Source of the DNA: Clostridia bacterium
GTDB lineage: Bacteria; Bacillota; Clostridia; RUG12999
Assembly: GCA_045633565.1 (NCBI GenBank)
Contig: JAZQYO010000026.1
Location: 915-64,914, forward strand
DNA: 64,000 nt
Direction: 5' to 3'
In this document: positions 5,949-16,750 of the stretch, in pieces
Layout of the letters: each line of letters starts with the position of its first letter
How positions within the stretch are numbered: position 1 is the stretch's first letter
Position numbers and translations under genes: made by a program
Notes under the pieces: model-generated
What the model saw: the letters and a program-made list of their open reading frames with translations, nothing else
Databases searched by the model: none
Told to the model about the DNA's origin: nothing

Positions 5949-8768
5949 TTATTCTTTAAAGAGCCATTTAATTTCTTCATAGGAAAGCGAGGCAAGCATT
6001 GTTTCCCCTGTTTCAAGAACGCTGTCCACCATATCCTGTTTAAGTTTTTTAAGCTCACAGATTTTTTCTTCTATAGTGCCGGTGGCAATAAGCTTTGTCA
6101 CCTGGACCACCTTTGTCTGCCCAATTCTGTGGGCGCGGTCTGTTGCCTGGTTTTCCACCGCCGGATTCCACCACGGGTCATAGTGAATAACCATATCCGC
6201 ACCGGTCAGGTTAAGCCCCGTTCCGCCTGCACGCAGGGAAACAAGGAATATATCGCACATTCCCTCATTAAATGATTTTACCATGTTAAATCTCTGCTCA
6301 CTTTTGGTACTGCCGTCAAGATAATAGTGGCTTATTCCCATTTCAGAAAGCATATCGGAAATCATGCCCAGCATACTTGTAAACTGTGAGAAAATAAGTA
6401 TTCTGTGTCCTGCCTGAATTCCCGATTCAACTATGTCTTTCAAAAGATTAAGCTTGCCGCTTTCACCGTCATAATTTTCGATAAATAATGACGGGTGACA
6501 GCAAAGCTGACGCAGTCTTGTTAAAAGTGCAAGAATTCTTATACGATTTTTCTCAAACTCACCATTGTCGCCAAGCAGGAATACCTCCTCTTTGGCTTTT
6601 TCCGCAAAACCGATGTAAAGCTTCTTTTGTTCTTCGGTAAGCTCGCAGGGCAGATAGCTTTCAATTTTTTCGGGAAGCTCTGCCATAACCTCGCTTTTCA
6701 GTCTTCTGAGTATAAACGGACGGATATGCTTTTGCAGCATACCAAGTGCCTCTTTATCTTTTTCTTTTACAATGGGAAGTTCATAAACCGCCCTGAATTT
6801 ATGTCTGCTGTAAAGATATCCGGGCATGACAAAATCAAACACCGACCAAAGCTCTAAAAGTGTGTTTTCAAGCGGTGTGCCGGTAAGTGCAAAAAAGCTG
6901 TCCGCTTTTATCTGTTTAACAACTTTGGCACTTAAGGTGTTGGGGTTTTTAATATGCTGCGCCTCATCTATAAAGCAATATGCAAACTCTGTATCTGAAT
7001 AAAGATTTAAATCGTTTCTCAAAAGTCCGTAAGAGGTTATCGCAAAATGCGCATCCGCAATATTTTCCACTGCCTGCTCACGCATTTGCGGGCTTCCGCT
7101 TAATATTACCGTTTTAGCCTCAGGCGCAAACTTTGCAATTTCCGACGACCAGTTGAATATAAGCGAAGTGGGCACTACTATAAGTGTAGGCTTTTTATTA
7201 TTTTCATATTCGCTCATGACAAATGCTATGGTCTGCAGGGTTTTACCAAGTCCCATTTCGTCTGCTAAAATCCCGCCAAAACCAAGCTCTGCCAGAGATT
7301 TCATCCATTTAACACCCGTTTTCTGATATGGTCTTAAAACACTGTCAATATGCGGGGGGATTTCCACTTCAGTTTCACTTTTTTTAAATCTTTTCACAAA
7401 TTCCCTGAATTTGTCATCTCCGCTGATTTTAATGGCAGAATCACCCAAATCTTCAAGGAAAAAGGCACGTGCGAGACTTACCGTTCCGCCTGCCCTGTCT
7501 GCCTCCACATTTTCAAGCAGCTTTGCCGCCTGAGAAAGCGGTTTTGCGGAAAGGTTTACAAATGACCCCGATTTTAAGTGATAAAACTTTCTTTTTTCAC
7601 GAACTGCGTCCATTATATCGGCAAGCTCTTCATCATCTATACCTTCAATGGACAAATTAAATTCCAGCATATTTCCGGCGCCAAGGCTGACGCCGCCGTT
7701 ACCTTTTGTAGGGGTAACCACTTCTAAATTAAACCTGTCCGAATAAAAAATCTCAGACAGTTCTTTCATCTGAAAAATTCCTTCGCTCAAAAAATCGTAC
7801 AGCTTGTACTCATCTGACAGATATAAAACACCCTCCTCGGGCATAAATCCGAGACTTGCCGCAAGGCGGATAAATTCATTTTCCTTTCGCACGTCACGTA
7901 TGAGGATTTTTTCTCCCTGTGCAGGCTTTTCGCCAAGGAAATGATTGAATTCTTCACCACCATAGCAAAATCTCACCGTTGCCGAAACGGTGCCGTAATC
8001 TGTTCTGTCCAGATATGTTTTAATTTTAAGCTGACCTACCGTTACATCCTTCTTGATAGTGCTGTCAATTTCCACATGCCCTATCTGTCGAACAAAGGGA
8101 AATACCCTTGTTATAACGTCATACTTGTCCTCATTTTTAAAAACAATACTACCATCTGATGCGGCTTCTTTCAGCCGGGCAATTATTTGGGCATGGGCTC
8201 TTTTTAAAACATGAATGCTTCCTTCAAAGAAGATAACATCACAAGCTTTTGTAAGTGGCACAATACTTCCCAGTTTGTCGCAACGCAGAATTATATACCC
8301 GCCCTGCTTTAAAGCTTCAAAGGAAAGAGCCGGAAGGACAGCTGCCACACTTATGTTACCGGACATTCCTCCGATTATTTCTGTTTCTTCACCGCAGAGC
8401 TGCTGCATAACCGGCAGAATATACTTCTCAGGTAGTCTGACCTCTCTGCCGGACGGCATATTTTCGCCAAAAATCACCGTCATCAGGTTTATAAATCCCA
8501 AAATGTTCCGAGTGAATTCTACTCTTCCGGGATTAAATGTAAAACCCTTGCCGAATTTTATCGGCTCGCCTGATTTAAGCATTTTAAAAATATGCGCAAA
8601 TTCTTTTACCGAATAAAGTCTGGATGTCCCGATTTTCAGGCTGAGAAATAGTCCGTCATCATTTATTCTGAGCACAGGAACAAGTCTTACAGTCTGAGGC
8701 TGTCCACCCGGTGTCATGGTTGAAAATGCCGATATTAAATTTTTGGATTTGTCCGAATGGGCAGTCAT
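5949..8768 (-). CDS. SNF2/RAD54-family DEAD-like helicase (bacterial YwqA/RapA-like), 939 aa
   Basis: SNF2_N motifs (LADEMGLGKTLQTIAF, DEAQHIKN) and helicase-C motifs (LVSLRAGGTGLNLTGADMVIHYDPWWNPAVENQATDRAHRIGQ) in the C-terminal half; long N-terminal region. Confidence 0.85.
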   Translation of the reverse strand: MTAHSDKSKNLISAFSTMTPGGQPQTVRLVPVLRINDDGLFLSLKIGTSRLYSVKEFAHIFKMLKSGEPIKFGKGFTFNPGRVEFTRNILGFINLMTVIFGENMPSGREVRLPEKYILPVMQQLCGEETEIIGGMSGNISVAAVLPALSFEALKQGGYIILRCDKLGSIVPLTKACDVIFFEGSIHVLKRAHAQIIARLKEAASDGSIVFKNEDKYDVITRVFPFVRQIGHVEIDSTIKKDVTVGQLKIKTYLDRTDYGTVSATVRFCYGGEEFNHFLGEKPAQGEKILIRDVRKENEFIRLAASLGFMPEEGVLYLSDEYKLYDFLSEGIFQMKELSEIFYSDRFNLEVVTPTKGNGGVSLGAGNMLEFNLSIEGIDDEELADIMDAVREKRKFYHLKSGSFVNLSAKPLSQAAKLLENVEADRAGGTVSLARAFFLEDLGDSAIKISGDDKFREFVKRFKKSETEVEIPPHIDSVLRPYQKTGVKWMKSLAELGFGGILADEMGLGKTLQTIAFVMSEYENNKKPTLIVVPTSLIFNWSSEIAKFAPEAKTVILSGSPQMREQAVENIADAHFAITSYGLLRNDLNLYSDTEFAYCFIDEAQHIKNPNTLSAKVVKQIKADSFFALTGTPLENTLLELWSVFDFVMPGYLYSRHKFRAVYELPIVKEKDKEALGMLQKHIRPFILRRLKSEVMAELPEKIESYLPCELTEEQKKLYIGFAEKAKEEVFLLGDNGEFEKNRIRILALLTRLRQLCCHPSLFIENYDGESGKLNLLKDIVESGIQAGHRILIFSQFTSMLGMISDMLSEMGISHYYLDGSTKSEQRFNMVKSFNEGMCDIFLVSLRAGGTGLNLTGADMVIHYDPWWNPAVENQATDRAHRIGQTKVVQVTKLIATGTIEEKICELKKLKQDMVDSVLETGETMLASLSYEEIKWLFKE

Positions 8769-8786
8769 GTTACCAGAGCCTTTCAG

Positions 8787-10163
8787 TTAGATTTTTTCAA
8801 AGAATACTTTATATCCTTTATAAGCGGAATATATGTCAGCTTTAGCTGCAATTTCAAAAGGTGAGTGCATGGATAAAAGCGGTACACCGCAGTCAATCAC
8901 TTCAAGGTCGAGGTTTGCAATATACTGTGCAACAGTTCCTCCGCCTCCTTCATCAACCTTGCCAAGCTCTCCTATCTGCCAGAAAACTTTTTCTTCATCA
9001 AGCAGATTTCTGATTTTATAAATAAGCTCTGCAGAAGCATCGCTCGAACCGCCTTTGCCTCTTGAACCTGTATATTTCATAAAAGCAAGTCCCTGATTGA
9101 GTTTGGGTGTGTTCTGTTTTTCAAAAACACCTGCATAAAGCGGGTCAAAAGCCGCACAAACGTCTGCAGACAGACAAACTGATGCGGACAGACATTTTCT
9201 CAGCTTAAGGTCGGAATAGTTTTCTTCTGACAAAGAAATCATTTCCGCAACCGTATTTTCGAAAAATCTTGATTTCATTCCGGTGTTACCCATTGAGCCG
9301 ATTTCCTCTTTATCTGCAAGCATACAAACGGCAGTTTTCTCCCCTGCGCCGGAATCTAAAAGTGCTTTGAGTCCTGTGTATGCACACACTCTGTCGTCAT
9401 GACCGTAGCTGCCCACAAGCGACCTGTCAAATCCGACATCTTTGGGGGCTACTGCAGGGTAAATTTCAAGCTCTGCCGAAATAAAGTCCGCTTCAGTTAT
9501 GCCATACATTTCGTTCAGCAATTTTAAAAGAGCGTCCTTTAGGCTTTCTTCCTTGTCGTCAGACGGAATTGTTCCTATTATTACGCTTAAATTTTCACCT
9601 TCAATTACCTCTTTTGCCGGTTTTGTCATCTGAGACGCTGCAAGATGAGGAAGAAGATCGGATATGCACAGGCAGAAATCATCACCACTTACATGAATTT
9701 TCACCGGACCGTTTTTGGTCATCACAACACCACTCATACCAAGCGGAAGTGCCGTCCACTGATATTTTTTAATGCCACCATAATAATGTGTTTTAAAATA
9801 GGCAATTCCACCATCTTCAATTACCGGGACAGGTTTTAAATCAAGTCTTGGTGAATCAATATGTGCCGCCACAACTGCGAGTCCCGCTTCCGCCATAGGC
9901 CTTTTTCCTATTTTTGCAAGCAGAATACTTTTTTCGCGGTTAACCGCATAAACACAGTCCCCAACCGAGAGACTTTTCATATCAGAAAGCGGCCTGTAGC
10001 CTGCTTTTTCAGCCATTTTAACAATTTCTTCAACGCACAGGCGTTCTGTAACTCCTGTAGCCATGAAAGTTTTGTATCCTTCGGAAAAATTCATTATTTC
10101 CTTTTTCAAAGATTCGTCCGATTCTTTCCACACATTTTTAGGTTCATAAGAAAAGTTACCCAT
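8787..10163 (-). CDS. M18-family aminopeptidase
   Basis: 458 aa; metal-ligand regions HIDSPRLDLKP and GHDDRVCAY typical of the M18/M42 aminopeptidase fold. RBS GGAAGGAGAA lies inside the 3' end of the upstream SLT gene. Confidence 0.8.
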   Translation of the reverse strand: MGNFSYEPKNVWKESDESLKKEIMNFSEGYKTFMATGVTERLCVEEIVKMAEKAGYRPLSDMKSLSVGDCVYAVNREKSILLAKIGKRPMAEAGLAVVAAHIDSPRLDLKPVPVIEDGGIAYFKTHYYGGIKKYQWTALPLGMSGVVMTKNGPVKIHVSGDDFCLCISDLLPHLAASQMTKPAKEVIEGENLSVIIGTIPSDDKEESLKDALLKLLNEMYGITEADFISAELEIYPAVAPKDVGFDRSLVGSYGHDDRVCAYTGLKALLDSGAGEKTAVCMLADKEEIGSMGNTGMKSRFFENTVAEMISLSEENYSDLKLRKCLSASVCLSADVCAAFDPLYAGVFEKQNTPKLNQGLAFMKYTGSRGKGGSSDASAELIYKIRNLLDEEKVFWQIGELGKVDEGGGGTVAQYIANLDLEVIDCGVPLLSMHSPFEIAAKADIYSAYKGYKVFFEKI

Positions 10164-10165
10164 TT

Positions 10166-10717
10166 TTATTCTCCTTCCGTATAGAGCTTTTTGTAGTTTT
10201 CATAATACTTAAGCGTTTTATAAACATAATCGCGGGTTTCCTCAAACAAAATGTCATCTAAAACCAGCCCGCCCGCATCATTTTTCCACTGGTTTACATT
10301 TGTACTGCCTGCATTATATGCCGCCAGTGCCGCTGTCAGATTACCGTCATGGTCCAAGATAAGCTTTGCCAGATACCAGCTTCCTACCGCAATATTTATC
10401 TCCGGCGTGAAAATATCACCCTCTATGCCCATTTTTTCCATTGCCCAACCGGCAGTTTCGGGTGTTATCTGCATAAGCCCCTGCGCATCTTTGTGCGACC
10501 TGGCATCTTCATCAAACTTGCTTTCCGCCTTTATTACCGAATAAATAAGATGCTCATCAACACCAAACTTTTCAGCCGACGCCGTCACATATTCCCGGTA
10601 TTTTTTGGGATACTCAAATTTTCTCAAGTATGGTTTATATAACATAGTGGCAACCACCGCTACCACTATTAATAAAATCGCAACAAGTGCTCTTTTTTTA
10701 TTCACCAAGATAATCAA
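10166..10717 (-). CDS. Lytic transglycosylase (SLT domain) with N-terminal membrane anchor
   Basis: AESKFDEDARSHKDAQGLMQITPETAGW... matches the SLT catalytic-Glu region; N-terminal TM helix. Confidence 0.8.
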   Translation of the reverse strand: MIILVNKKRALVAILLIVVAVVATMLYKPYLRKFEYPKKYREYVTASAEKFGVDEHLIYSVIKAESKFDEDARSHKDAQGLMQITPETAGWAMEKMGIEGDIFTPEINIAVGSWYLAKLILDHDGNLTAALAAYNAGSTNVNQWKNDAGGLVLDDILFEETRDYVYKTLKYYENYKKLYTEGE

Positions 10718-11282
10718 TTATATCGCTCCTAAGACTTTCAACACTTCCGTTATTTGCAATTACTTTGTCCGCCATCTCCATCAGTTTCTCCTGGGACATC
10801 TGCGAACGCACCCGTGAGAGAGCTTCTTTAAACTCAATACCGTCACGGGCCATTATTCTATTTATACGCACATCTTCCGGTGCACATACCGCAACAGTTT
10901 CGGTGCAGAGGTCTACAATTTCCTTAACAGAAAATAAAAGCGGAGCATCTATTATTATAAGTGAATTCTCGCAGCTTTCTACCAGGTCAGCAATTTTTTC
11001 GGCAATCGCCGGGTGCAGAATTGAGTTAAGTTTTCCCAGTGCATTTTTATCATTAAATACAATTCTGCCCAATGCTTTTCTGGAAAGCTTGCCATTTTCA
11101 AAGACTTCTTCGGAAAATTCCTCTCTTATTTTTCGCAGAACTTCCATATCAGAATCGGTTATTTCATGGGAAATTTTATCTGCATCTATCACACAGGCGC
11201 CAAGAGAGGCGAAAATTTCCGCCGCAAGGGATTTGCCGCTGCCGCTACCACCTGTCAGCCCTATAACTCTATTTTGCGTCAT
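10698..11282 (-). CDS. coaE: Dephospho-CoA kinase
   Basis: IGLTGGSGSGKS P-loop, 194 aa. Conserved polA-coaE order. Confidence 0.9.
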   Translation of the reverse strand: MTQNRVIGLTGGSGSGKSLAAEIFASLGACVIDADKISHEITDSDMEVLRKIREEFSEEVFENGKLSRKALGRIVFNDKNALGKLNSILHPAIAEKIADLVESCENSLIIIDAPLLFSVKEIVDLCTETVAVCAPEDVRINRIMARDGIEFKEALSRVRSQMSQEKLMEMADKVIANNGSVESLRSDIIDYLGE

Positions 11283-13902
11283 ACCAGCTTGTTCCCTCCC
11301 CTACATCTACCGGAATGGGCACACTTAAATTTGCTGCAGTTTCCATACAGCTTTTTAAGATTTCAGCCACCTGTTTTATTTCATCCTTGTGCGCTTCAAC
11401 AATCAGCTCGTCGTGCACCTGCAGAATAAGTCTTGATTTATAACCGCCACTTCGTAGTGCTTCATGAACCTTAACCATTGCAAATTTTATAATATCTGCC
11501 GAGCTGCCCTGAATTGGCGTGTTAAGTGCCACTCTTTCTCCGAAAGAGCGTTCAATGAATTTTTGTGATTTCAGTTCGGGAATATCACGGCGTCTGCCGA
11601 AAATGGTTGTTACATACCCGTTTTCCTTCGCAAATGCTACCGTGTCCGCCATATACTGACGCACTCCCGGATATTTATCAAGATACCCTTCAATATACTC
11701 CGCAGCCGTTTTCTTTGAAACGTGCAAATCTCCGGCAAGTGCAAAATCGGAAATTCCGTAAATAATACCAAAATTAACAGCTTTCGCATTACTTCTCATC
11801 TGAGAAGTTACCTCCTCCGGTTTAACATGAAAAACCTGAGAAGCCGTTATTGTATGAATATCCTCGCCATTTATAAAAGCGTCGGTGAGTACCTCATCAC
11901 CCGAAATGTGCGCAAGTATTCTAAGTTCAATCTGTGAATAGTCTGCGTCAAGCAGCACATAGTCGCTGCTACCGGCAACAAACATTTTCCGCATCTGACT
12001 GCCTATTTCAGTTCTGACTGGGATATTCTGCAGATTTGGCTCGGTTGAGCTTATTCTGCCCGTTGCCGTAACCGTCTGATTAAACTTTGAATGAATTCTT
12101 CCGTCAGTGGGATTTATAAGAGGCAAAAGTCCGTCAATATAAGTGGATTTTAATTTCGTCAGCATACGATAATTGCTGATGCTTTCAATTATTTCATGTT
12201 TGCCCGAAAGCTTATCTAAAACGTCCGCATCGGTGGAATATCCCGTTTTTGTTTTGCGGATTACAGGAAGTCCCAGCTTTTCAAAAAGCACTTCGCCAAG
12301 CTGTTTGGGTGAATTTATGTTAAACTCACCGCCCGCCAGGTCATAAATATTCTTTGTCAGAATATCAATTGTACTCGCAAGCATTTCACCAAATTCCGAA
12401 AGTGCAGCCTTGTCCACCTTAAAACCAATTGTTTCCATGTCACTGAGTACATACGCAAGCGGAAGCTCTATTTCATAATAGAGTTTCTCCTGACCACGTT
12501 CTGAAATAATTTTCGAAAATTCTTCTTTTAATTTTAAAACGCCATTTGACAACTTTGCTGCATAACCCGCAATCTCTTCTTTGGGCAGGCTTAATGGATT
12601 TACCGACTTTTTACCTTTTCCAAACTTTTCTTCCAGCGTTTCAAACCCCAAAAGCCCACCTATATCATAACTTGACTTTACAGGATTTACAACATAACCG
12701 GCAAGTGATGTGTCAAAGCAGACATCATTAAGTTTTATCCCATAATTCTTTAAAATAAGCAAGTCTTCTTTTAAGCTATGGGTAATTTTTTTCGCATCAC
12801 ACTCAAATATATTTTTAATATCCTCAGGAACAAGCCCTGCAAAAAGTCCCGACCCGAACAGAAATACCCAATGTTTCTGAGCCGATACAGAAACGATGCA
12901 TATTTCTCCCTCAAATGTTAAAATATTATATGCAAATTCAGAAAGTCCCGAAATTTCCTCAATCGCCATTTTTGCCGCTGTGGCATCTTCTATGATTATC
13001 ACCTGTAGTTTTTCTTCCGGTTTCTCTTTTGCCGAAATGCCGAATTTATCAAGCAGCTTTGTAAACTCCAGCTTTGTGAAAACTTCAGCTAATTTTTCAT
13101 TGTCAAATTCACGGACAGTATATTTTCCCGGCTCAAAATCTATGGGCACGTCTGTGAAAATTTCTGCAAGTTCATAGCTTAAATATGCCATTTCACGGTC
13201 ATTTTCAAGCTTTGTTTTCACTGCACCTTTTATGTTTTCTATATTCTCATAAACACCATCTAAGCTACCGTATTCATTTATCAGTTTAACTGCAGTTTTT
13301 TCACCTATGCCGGCAACCCCCGGAATATTATCCGAGCTGTCACCCATCAGGCTTTTTATATCTATCATCTTTCTGGGAACTACTCCATAGTCCTCCATAA
13401 TCTTTTCGGGCGTTATAACCTTTGTTTCCGACTTACCCATACGGGTGGAAGTCAGATAAATTGAGGTTGTGTCTGATGCAAGCTGAAAAGAGTCACGGTC
13501 GCCTGTTGTGATGATACATTCTATTCCCTTTTCACTGCATTTTTTCGCAACCGTACCAATAATGTCATCTGCCTCGTATCCTGCCATTTCAAGCATGGTG
13601 ATGTTCATTGCCGAAAGCACCTCTTTTAAGAGAGGCATCTGCATAGCAAGTTCCTCCGGCATACCTTTGCGCTGAGCCTTATAGCCGTCATATCTTTTGT
13701 GACGGAAGGTTTTTTCACGCATGTCAAAGCAGACCGCCAGAAAATCCGGGCGGTCATTTTCAAGATATTTTGTCAAAATATTTAAAAATCCGTAAACAGC
13801 ATTGGTGTAAAGCCCCTCTTTTGTAGATAAAAGAGGAACTCCGTAAAAGGCACGGTTTATAATACTGTTTCCGTCAATCACCATGAATTTTTTCATGCTC
13901 AC
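11269..13902 (-). CDS. polA: DNA polymerase I
   Basis: 877 aa with 5'-3' exonuclease N-terminus (GNSIINRAFYG, DNIPGVAGIGEKTA) and family-A polymerase motifs (DYSQIELR, KAVNFGIIYG, QVHDEL). Confidence 0.95.
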   Translation of the reverse strand: MSMKKFMVIDGNSIINRAFYGVPLLSTKEGLYTNAVYGFLNILTKYLENDRPDFLAVCFDMREKTFRHKRYDGYKAQRKGMPEELAMQMPLLKEVLSAMNITMLEMAGYEADDIIGTVAKKCSEKGIECIITTGDRDSFQLASDTTSIYLTSTRMGKSETKVITPEKIMEDYGVVPRKMIDIKSLMGDSSDNIPGVAGIGEKTAVKLINEYGSLDGVYENIENIKGAVKTKLENDREMAYLSYELAEIFTDVPIDFEPGKYTVREFDNEKLAEVFTKLEFTKLLDKFGISAKEKPEEKLQVIIIEDATAAKMAIEEISGLSEFAYNILTFEGEICIVSVSAQKHWVFLFGSGLFAGLVPEDIKNIFECDAKKITHSLKEDLLILKNYGIKLNDVCFDTSLAGYVVNPVKSSYDIGGLLGFETLEEKFGKGKKSVNPLSLPKEEIAGYAAKLSNGVLKLKEEFSKIISERGQEKLYYEIELPLAYVLSDMETIGFKVDKAALSEFGEMLASTIDILTKNIYDLAGGEFNINSPKQLGEVLFEKLGLPVIRKTKTGYSTDADVLDKLSGKHEIIESISNYRMLTKLKSTYIDGLLPLINPTDGRIHSKFNQTVTATGRISSTEPNLQNIPVRTEIGSQMRKMFVAGSSDYVLLDADYSQIELRILAHISGDEVLTDAFINGEDIHTITASQVFHVKPEEVTSQMRSNAKAVNFGIIYGISDFALAGDLHVSKKTAAEYIEGYLDKYPGVRQYMADTVAFAKENGYVTTIFGRRRDIPELKSQKFIERSFGERVALNTPIQGSSADIIKFAMVKVHEALRSGGYKSRLILQVHDELIVEAHKDEIKQVAEILKSCMETAANLSVPIPVDVGEGTSWYDAK

Positions 13903-14570
13903 ACCTCAGCAGCTTTAATAACTTCCCTGTGTATTTCTTCAATGGACAGCGGCTCACCATTTCTGCCGCACATAACATGCTCCCAGCCGAATTTTTCGGC
14001 TACTTCAAGGGCAGCGCTGTATGTAGCCGCAAGATATTCTTTATTTCTTTCGTGAATATCCTTTTTCTCCGAGCCGTCAATTTTATTTGCCCTTGCCGCC
14101 ATAAGCTTTGCAGCAATATCCATAGGCATATCAAGAAAAATAACCTTGTCCGGTCTTGGAAGTCCAAGCAGAGTATATTCAAAATTATCAAGCCATTCAA
14201 GATACTTGTTTCTTTCATCAGTGTCGGTAATTTTACTTGCCTGATGGATCATATTCGAGGTTGTATATCTGTCTGCAACTATGGTGCCACCCTCGTTTAA
14301 AAACTGCTGAAAATCAGTTTTGTAGGTTGCGTATCTGTCAACCGCAAAAAAGGTGGATGCGGCATAAGCATTAACACAGTCGGGCGAATTTCCAAAATTT
14401 CCCCCAAGGTACATTCTCACCAGAGCAGATGAATCACTCTTATAGTTTGGGAACTCGATTCTTTTAACCTTTTTCCCAATAATTTCAAGATGCTCCACAA
14501 GCAGTCTGCTCTGCGTTTCCTTGCCGCTTGAATCAAGGCCTTCTATAACAATAAGTTTACCCTTATTCAT
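13899..14570 (-). CDS. tmk: Thymidylate kinase-like nucleotide kinase
   Basis: P-loop [14 protein letters not shown] resembles the Tmk consensus EG.DGSGK.TQ, plus a DRY..S motif ([16 protein letters not shown]); 223 aa. Overlaps thyX by 8 nt. Confidence 0.7.
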   Translation of the reverse strand: MNKGKLIVIEGLDSSGKETQSRLLVEHLEIIGKKVKRIEFPNYKSDSSALVRMYLGGNFGNSPDCVNAYAASTFFAVDRYATYKTDFQQFLNEGGTIVADRYTTSNMIHQASKITDTDERNKYLEWLDNFEYTLLGLPRPDKVIFLDMPMDIAAKLMAARANKIDGSEKKDIHERNKEYLAATYSAALEVAEKFGWEHVMCGRNGEPLSIEEIHREVIKAAEV

Positions 14571-15291
14571 ATTTTTTCCTCATTTCAGCTATCTTGCCGC
14601 AGGACATTTTGCCTTCCGGGCAAGGACCTGCCACGCAGGACGGACCTGCTTTTTTAAATATAGTCGGTGCTATATCTTTCACAAGTCTGTACATCTGATA
14701 TGCACACTCTCTTATTTCCCACTGTGCACGGGTGCAGCATCTGTGGTGGAAAAAGTTATAAAGGCTTCTTGCGTTCATAGTAACAATCATATTTGTTTCG
14801 CAGGCGTTGGGCAGGATATATCTTGCATCCTCCTGAGCCGCTTTTTCTGCCGCTTTTTCGTCCAGACCCGCAGAAATATGCTGCTCTTTTAAAATATCAG
14901 CAAGACGGTTATAGTCCTCTACGTCCTTTTCCATTGCCTCTAGATAAATCTTTTTAGCCTCGGGGTTTTTTTCAATCTCGGGCGGAGTTACAAATGAAAA
15001 GCTTTTTTCACTCACATATCTCTGAGATTTTACACTGTAGGACGCAATTCTGTGACGTGTAAACTGAGCAAGCAGACTTCTGCTTACCCCCTCAATTCCA
15101 AAGGTAAATGAAATGTGCTCAATGGGGCTTTCATGCCCCAAATCCATGAGCATATTTAAAAATTTCTCTGTTTTTTCATTATCCAGTCCGTCCATAATGT
15201 CACTTACCTTTGCTGACGAATAGCAAAGCTTTGCAGCAGAGGCAACAATTTTCTCCGGGTTTGGTGTATATGCTAAAAGCTGTACGTTCAT
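14563..15291 (-). CDS. thyX: FAD-dependent thymidylate synthase ThyX
   Basis: ThyX signature RHRxxxxS ([16 protein letters not shown]); 242 aa. Confidence 0.9.
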   Translation of the reverse strand: MNVQLLAYTPNPEKIVASAAKLCYSSAKVSDIMDGLDNEKTEKFLNMLMDLGHESPIEHISFTFGIEGVSRSLLAQFTRHRIASYSVKSQRYVSEKSFSFVTPPEIEKNPEAKKIYLEAMEKDVEDYNRLADILKEQHISAGLDEKAAEKAAQEDARYILPNACETNMIVTMNARSLYNFFHHRCCTRAQWEIRECAYQMYRLVKDIAPTIFKKAGPSCVAGPCPEGKMSCGKIAEMRKKYE

Positions 15292-15312
15292 AATATCATT
15301 ACTCCTATAAAA

Positions 15313-16047
15313 TTATTTGCCTGTAAGTTTATGCCATATAACCTTGAGCATAAATTTGGGCAGTGCAAGCATTCTGAAAAAACGTTTTGGCTCTTTCATA
15401 AGACGGTAAAACCATTCGAGTCCCAGCTTAATATAAATGTCCGGCGCACGTTTTACATTTCCGGCATAAACATCAAGGCATCCACCAAGTCCCATTGCAA
15501 CTTTTGCGTTAAGCTTTTTCCTATTTTCAAAAATCCACTTTTCCTGTTTGGGACAGCCAAGGCAAACAAAAAGAATGTCCGGTGTTTTTTCATTTATGTC
15601 CTCTATAATGCGTATTTCCTCCTGGGCATCAAAATATCCATCATGAGTTCCAACTATTTTTATGCCCGCATATTTTGTTTCAAGCACTTCTTTTGCCTTG
15701 TCTGCAACTCCCGGTGCCGCACCGAAAAGATAGAAAGTTTTACCGGAGCTTGCTGCCTTTTCCATAATTTTCAGTGAAATGTCGTAACCGGATGCTCTCT
15801 GGGCAATCGGTCTTGAAAGAATTTTTGATGCGTAAATTATCCCTATTCCGTCAGCAGTTAAAAGATTTGCACTGTTTAAAACATCTTCAAATTCTTTGTC
15901 CTTTACTGCTGCCATAACCATTTCCGAGTTGGGAGTAAAAACATAGTGAAATCCGTCCTCCTCAAGCATGCTCATTATGTAATCAGCAGAGCCGTCAACT
16001 CCGAGGCAGGAAAATTTCACACCTAAAATATCAACCGTGTTCATCAT
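15313..16047 (-). CDS. WecB/TagA/CpsF-family glycosyltransferase
   Basis: 244-aa product with the typical family fold sequence (DILGVKF..., GAAPGVADKA, CLGCPKQEKW). Confidence 0.8.
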   Translation of the reverse strand: MMNTVDILGVKFSCLGVDGSADYIMSMLEEDGFHYVFTPNSEMVMAAVKDKEFEDVLNSANLLTADGIGIIYASKILSRPIAQRASGYDISLKIMEKAASSGKTFYLFGAAPGVADKAKEVLETKYAGIKIVGTHDGYFDAQEEIRIIEDINEKTPDILFVCLGCPKQEKWIFENRKKLNAKVAMGLGGCLDVYAGNVKRAPDIYIKLGLEWFYRLMKEPKRFFRMLALPKFMLKVIWHKLTGK

Positions 16048-16183
16048 ATTTATTCACCACCGGTAATTATTTTTTCCGTAAATTTTATTATACACCAAAC
16101 TGCAAAAAAATTCAATAGAAATGATTGATTTTTATTATAAAGTATGTTAAAATATATTCTGCCGATGAAGGGGGTGATGTGCC

Positions 16184-16714
16184 GTGGCATATACTTTAAA
16201 AGACGATATGGCTGTTAAAATGGCGATTTTATATGTAATCGAAAAATTCAAAGACGGTGTTACCGGAGAGATTTTGACCGATGTGGCTATTTATGCCTGC
16301 GGCATAAATTACTTCACGCTCAGACAAATGCTTTTCTCATTGGAACAGGATGAATTTATTATTTCATTTACCAGCGAACACGGAGAAATGTTTATAATAA
16401 ACGAAAAGGGCGAAGAAGCGCTCGGTTTTTTTGTAAAAAAACTGCCTTACCATTTCCGCGAGGATGTAACAGAATATATCTACAGTCTGCGCCCTGATGA
16501 ACTTCCCGGCAATAAATTCCTGTGCGATTTTGTTCCGGCAAACGATCTTGAATATAACGTTTTCCTTGAATATAAAGAAGAGGGCACAACCACTTTAAAA
16601 ATGGAATTTAAAGCCGGTGATCGCGAAAATGCACAGAAAACCGTTAATCTGATTAACAAAAATAAAGACAAAATTTTCGGCGATATTTACAAATATATAA
16701 TGGAACTTAAATAA
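16184..16714 (+). CDS. Conserved hypothetical protein, 176 aa, no recognised family
   Basis: ORF with moderate codon bias and no recognised catalytic motif; followed by a bidirectional terminator. Confidence 0.45.
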   Translation: MAYTLKDDMAVKMAILYVIEKFKDGVTGEILTDVAIYACGINYFTLRQMLFSLEQDEFIISFTSEHGEMFIINEKGEEALGFFVKKLPYHFREDVTEYIYSLRPDELPGNKFLCDFVPANDLEYNVFLEYKEEGTTTLKMEFKAGDRENAQKTVNLINKNKDKIFGDIYKYIMELK

Positions 16715-16715
16715 A

Positions 16716-16750
16716 AAAAGCATTTTCAGACGAAAATGCTTTTTTTATTT
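16716..16750. terminator. Bidirectional rho-independent terminator (AAAAAAAGCATTTTC aga cGAAAATGCTTTTTTT)
   Basis: Perfect 10-bp stem flanked by A7 and T7; lies between convergent genes. Confidence 0.65.

Noticed and set aside
13899-14570. Alternative call of deoxynucleoside kinase (dCK/dGK family) for the 223-aa kinase
   Set aside because: The P-loop [10 protein letters not shown] and DRY..S motif fit thymidylate kinase better than the dNK ERS-motif family, and it is co-located with thyX. Kept as tmk-like with moderate confidence.
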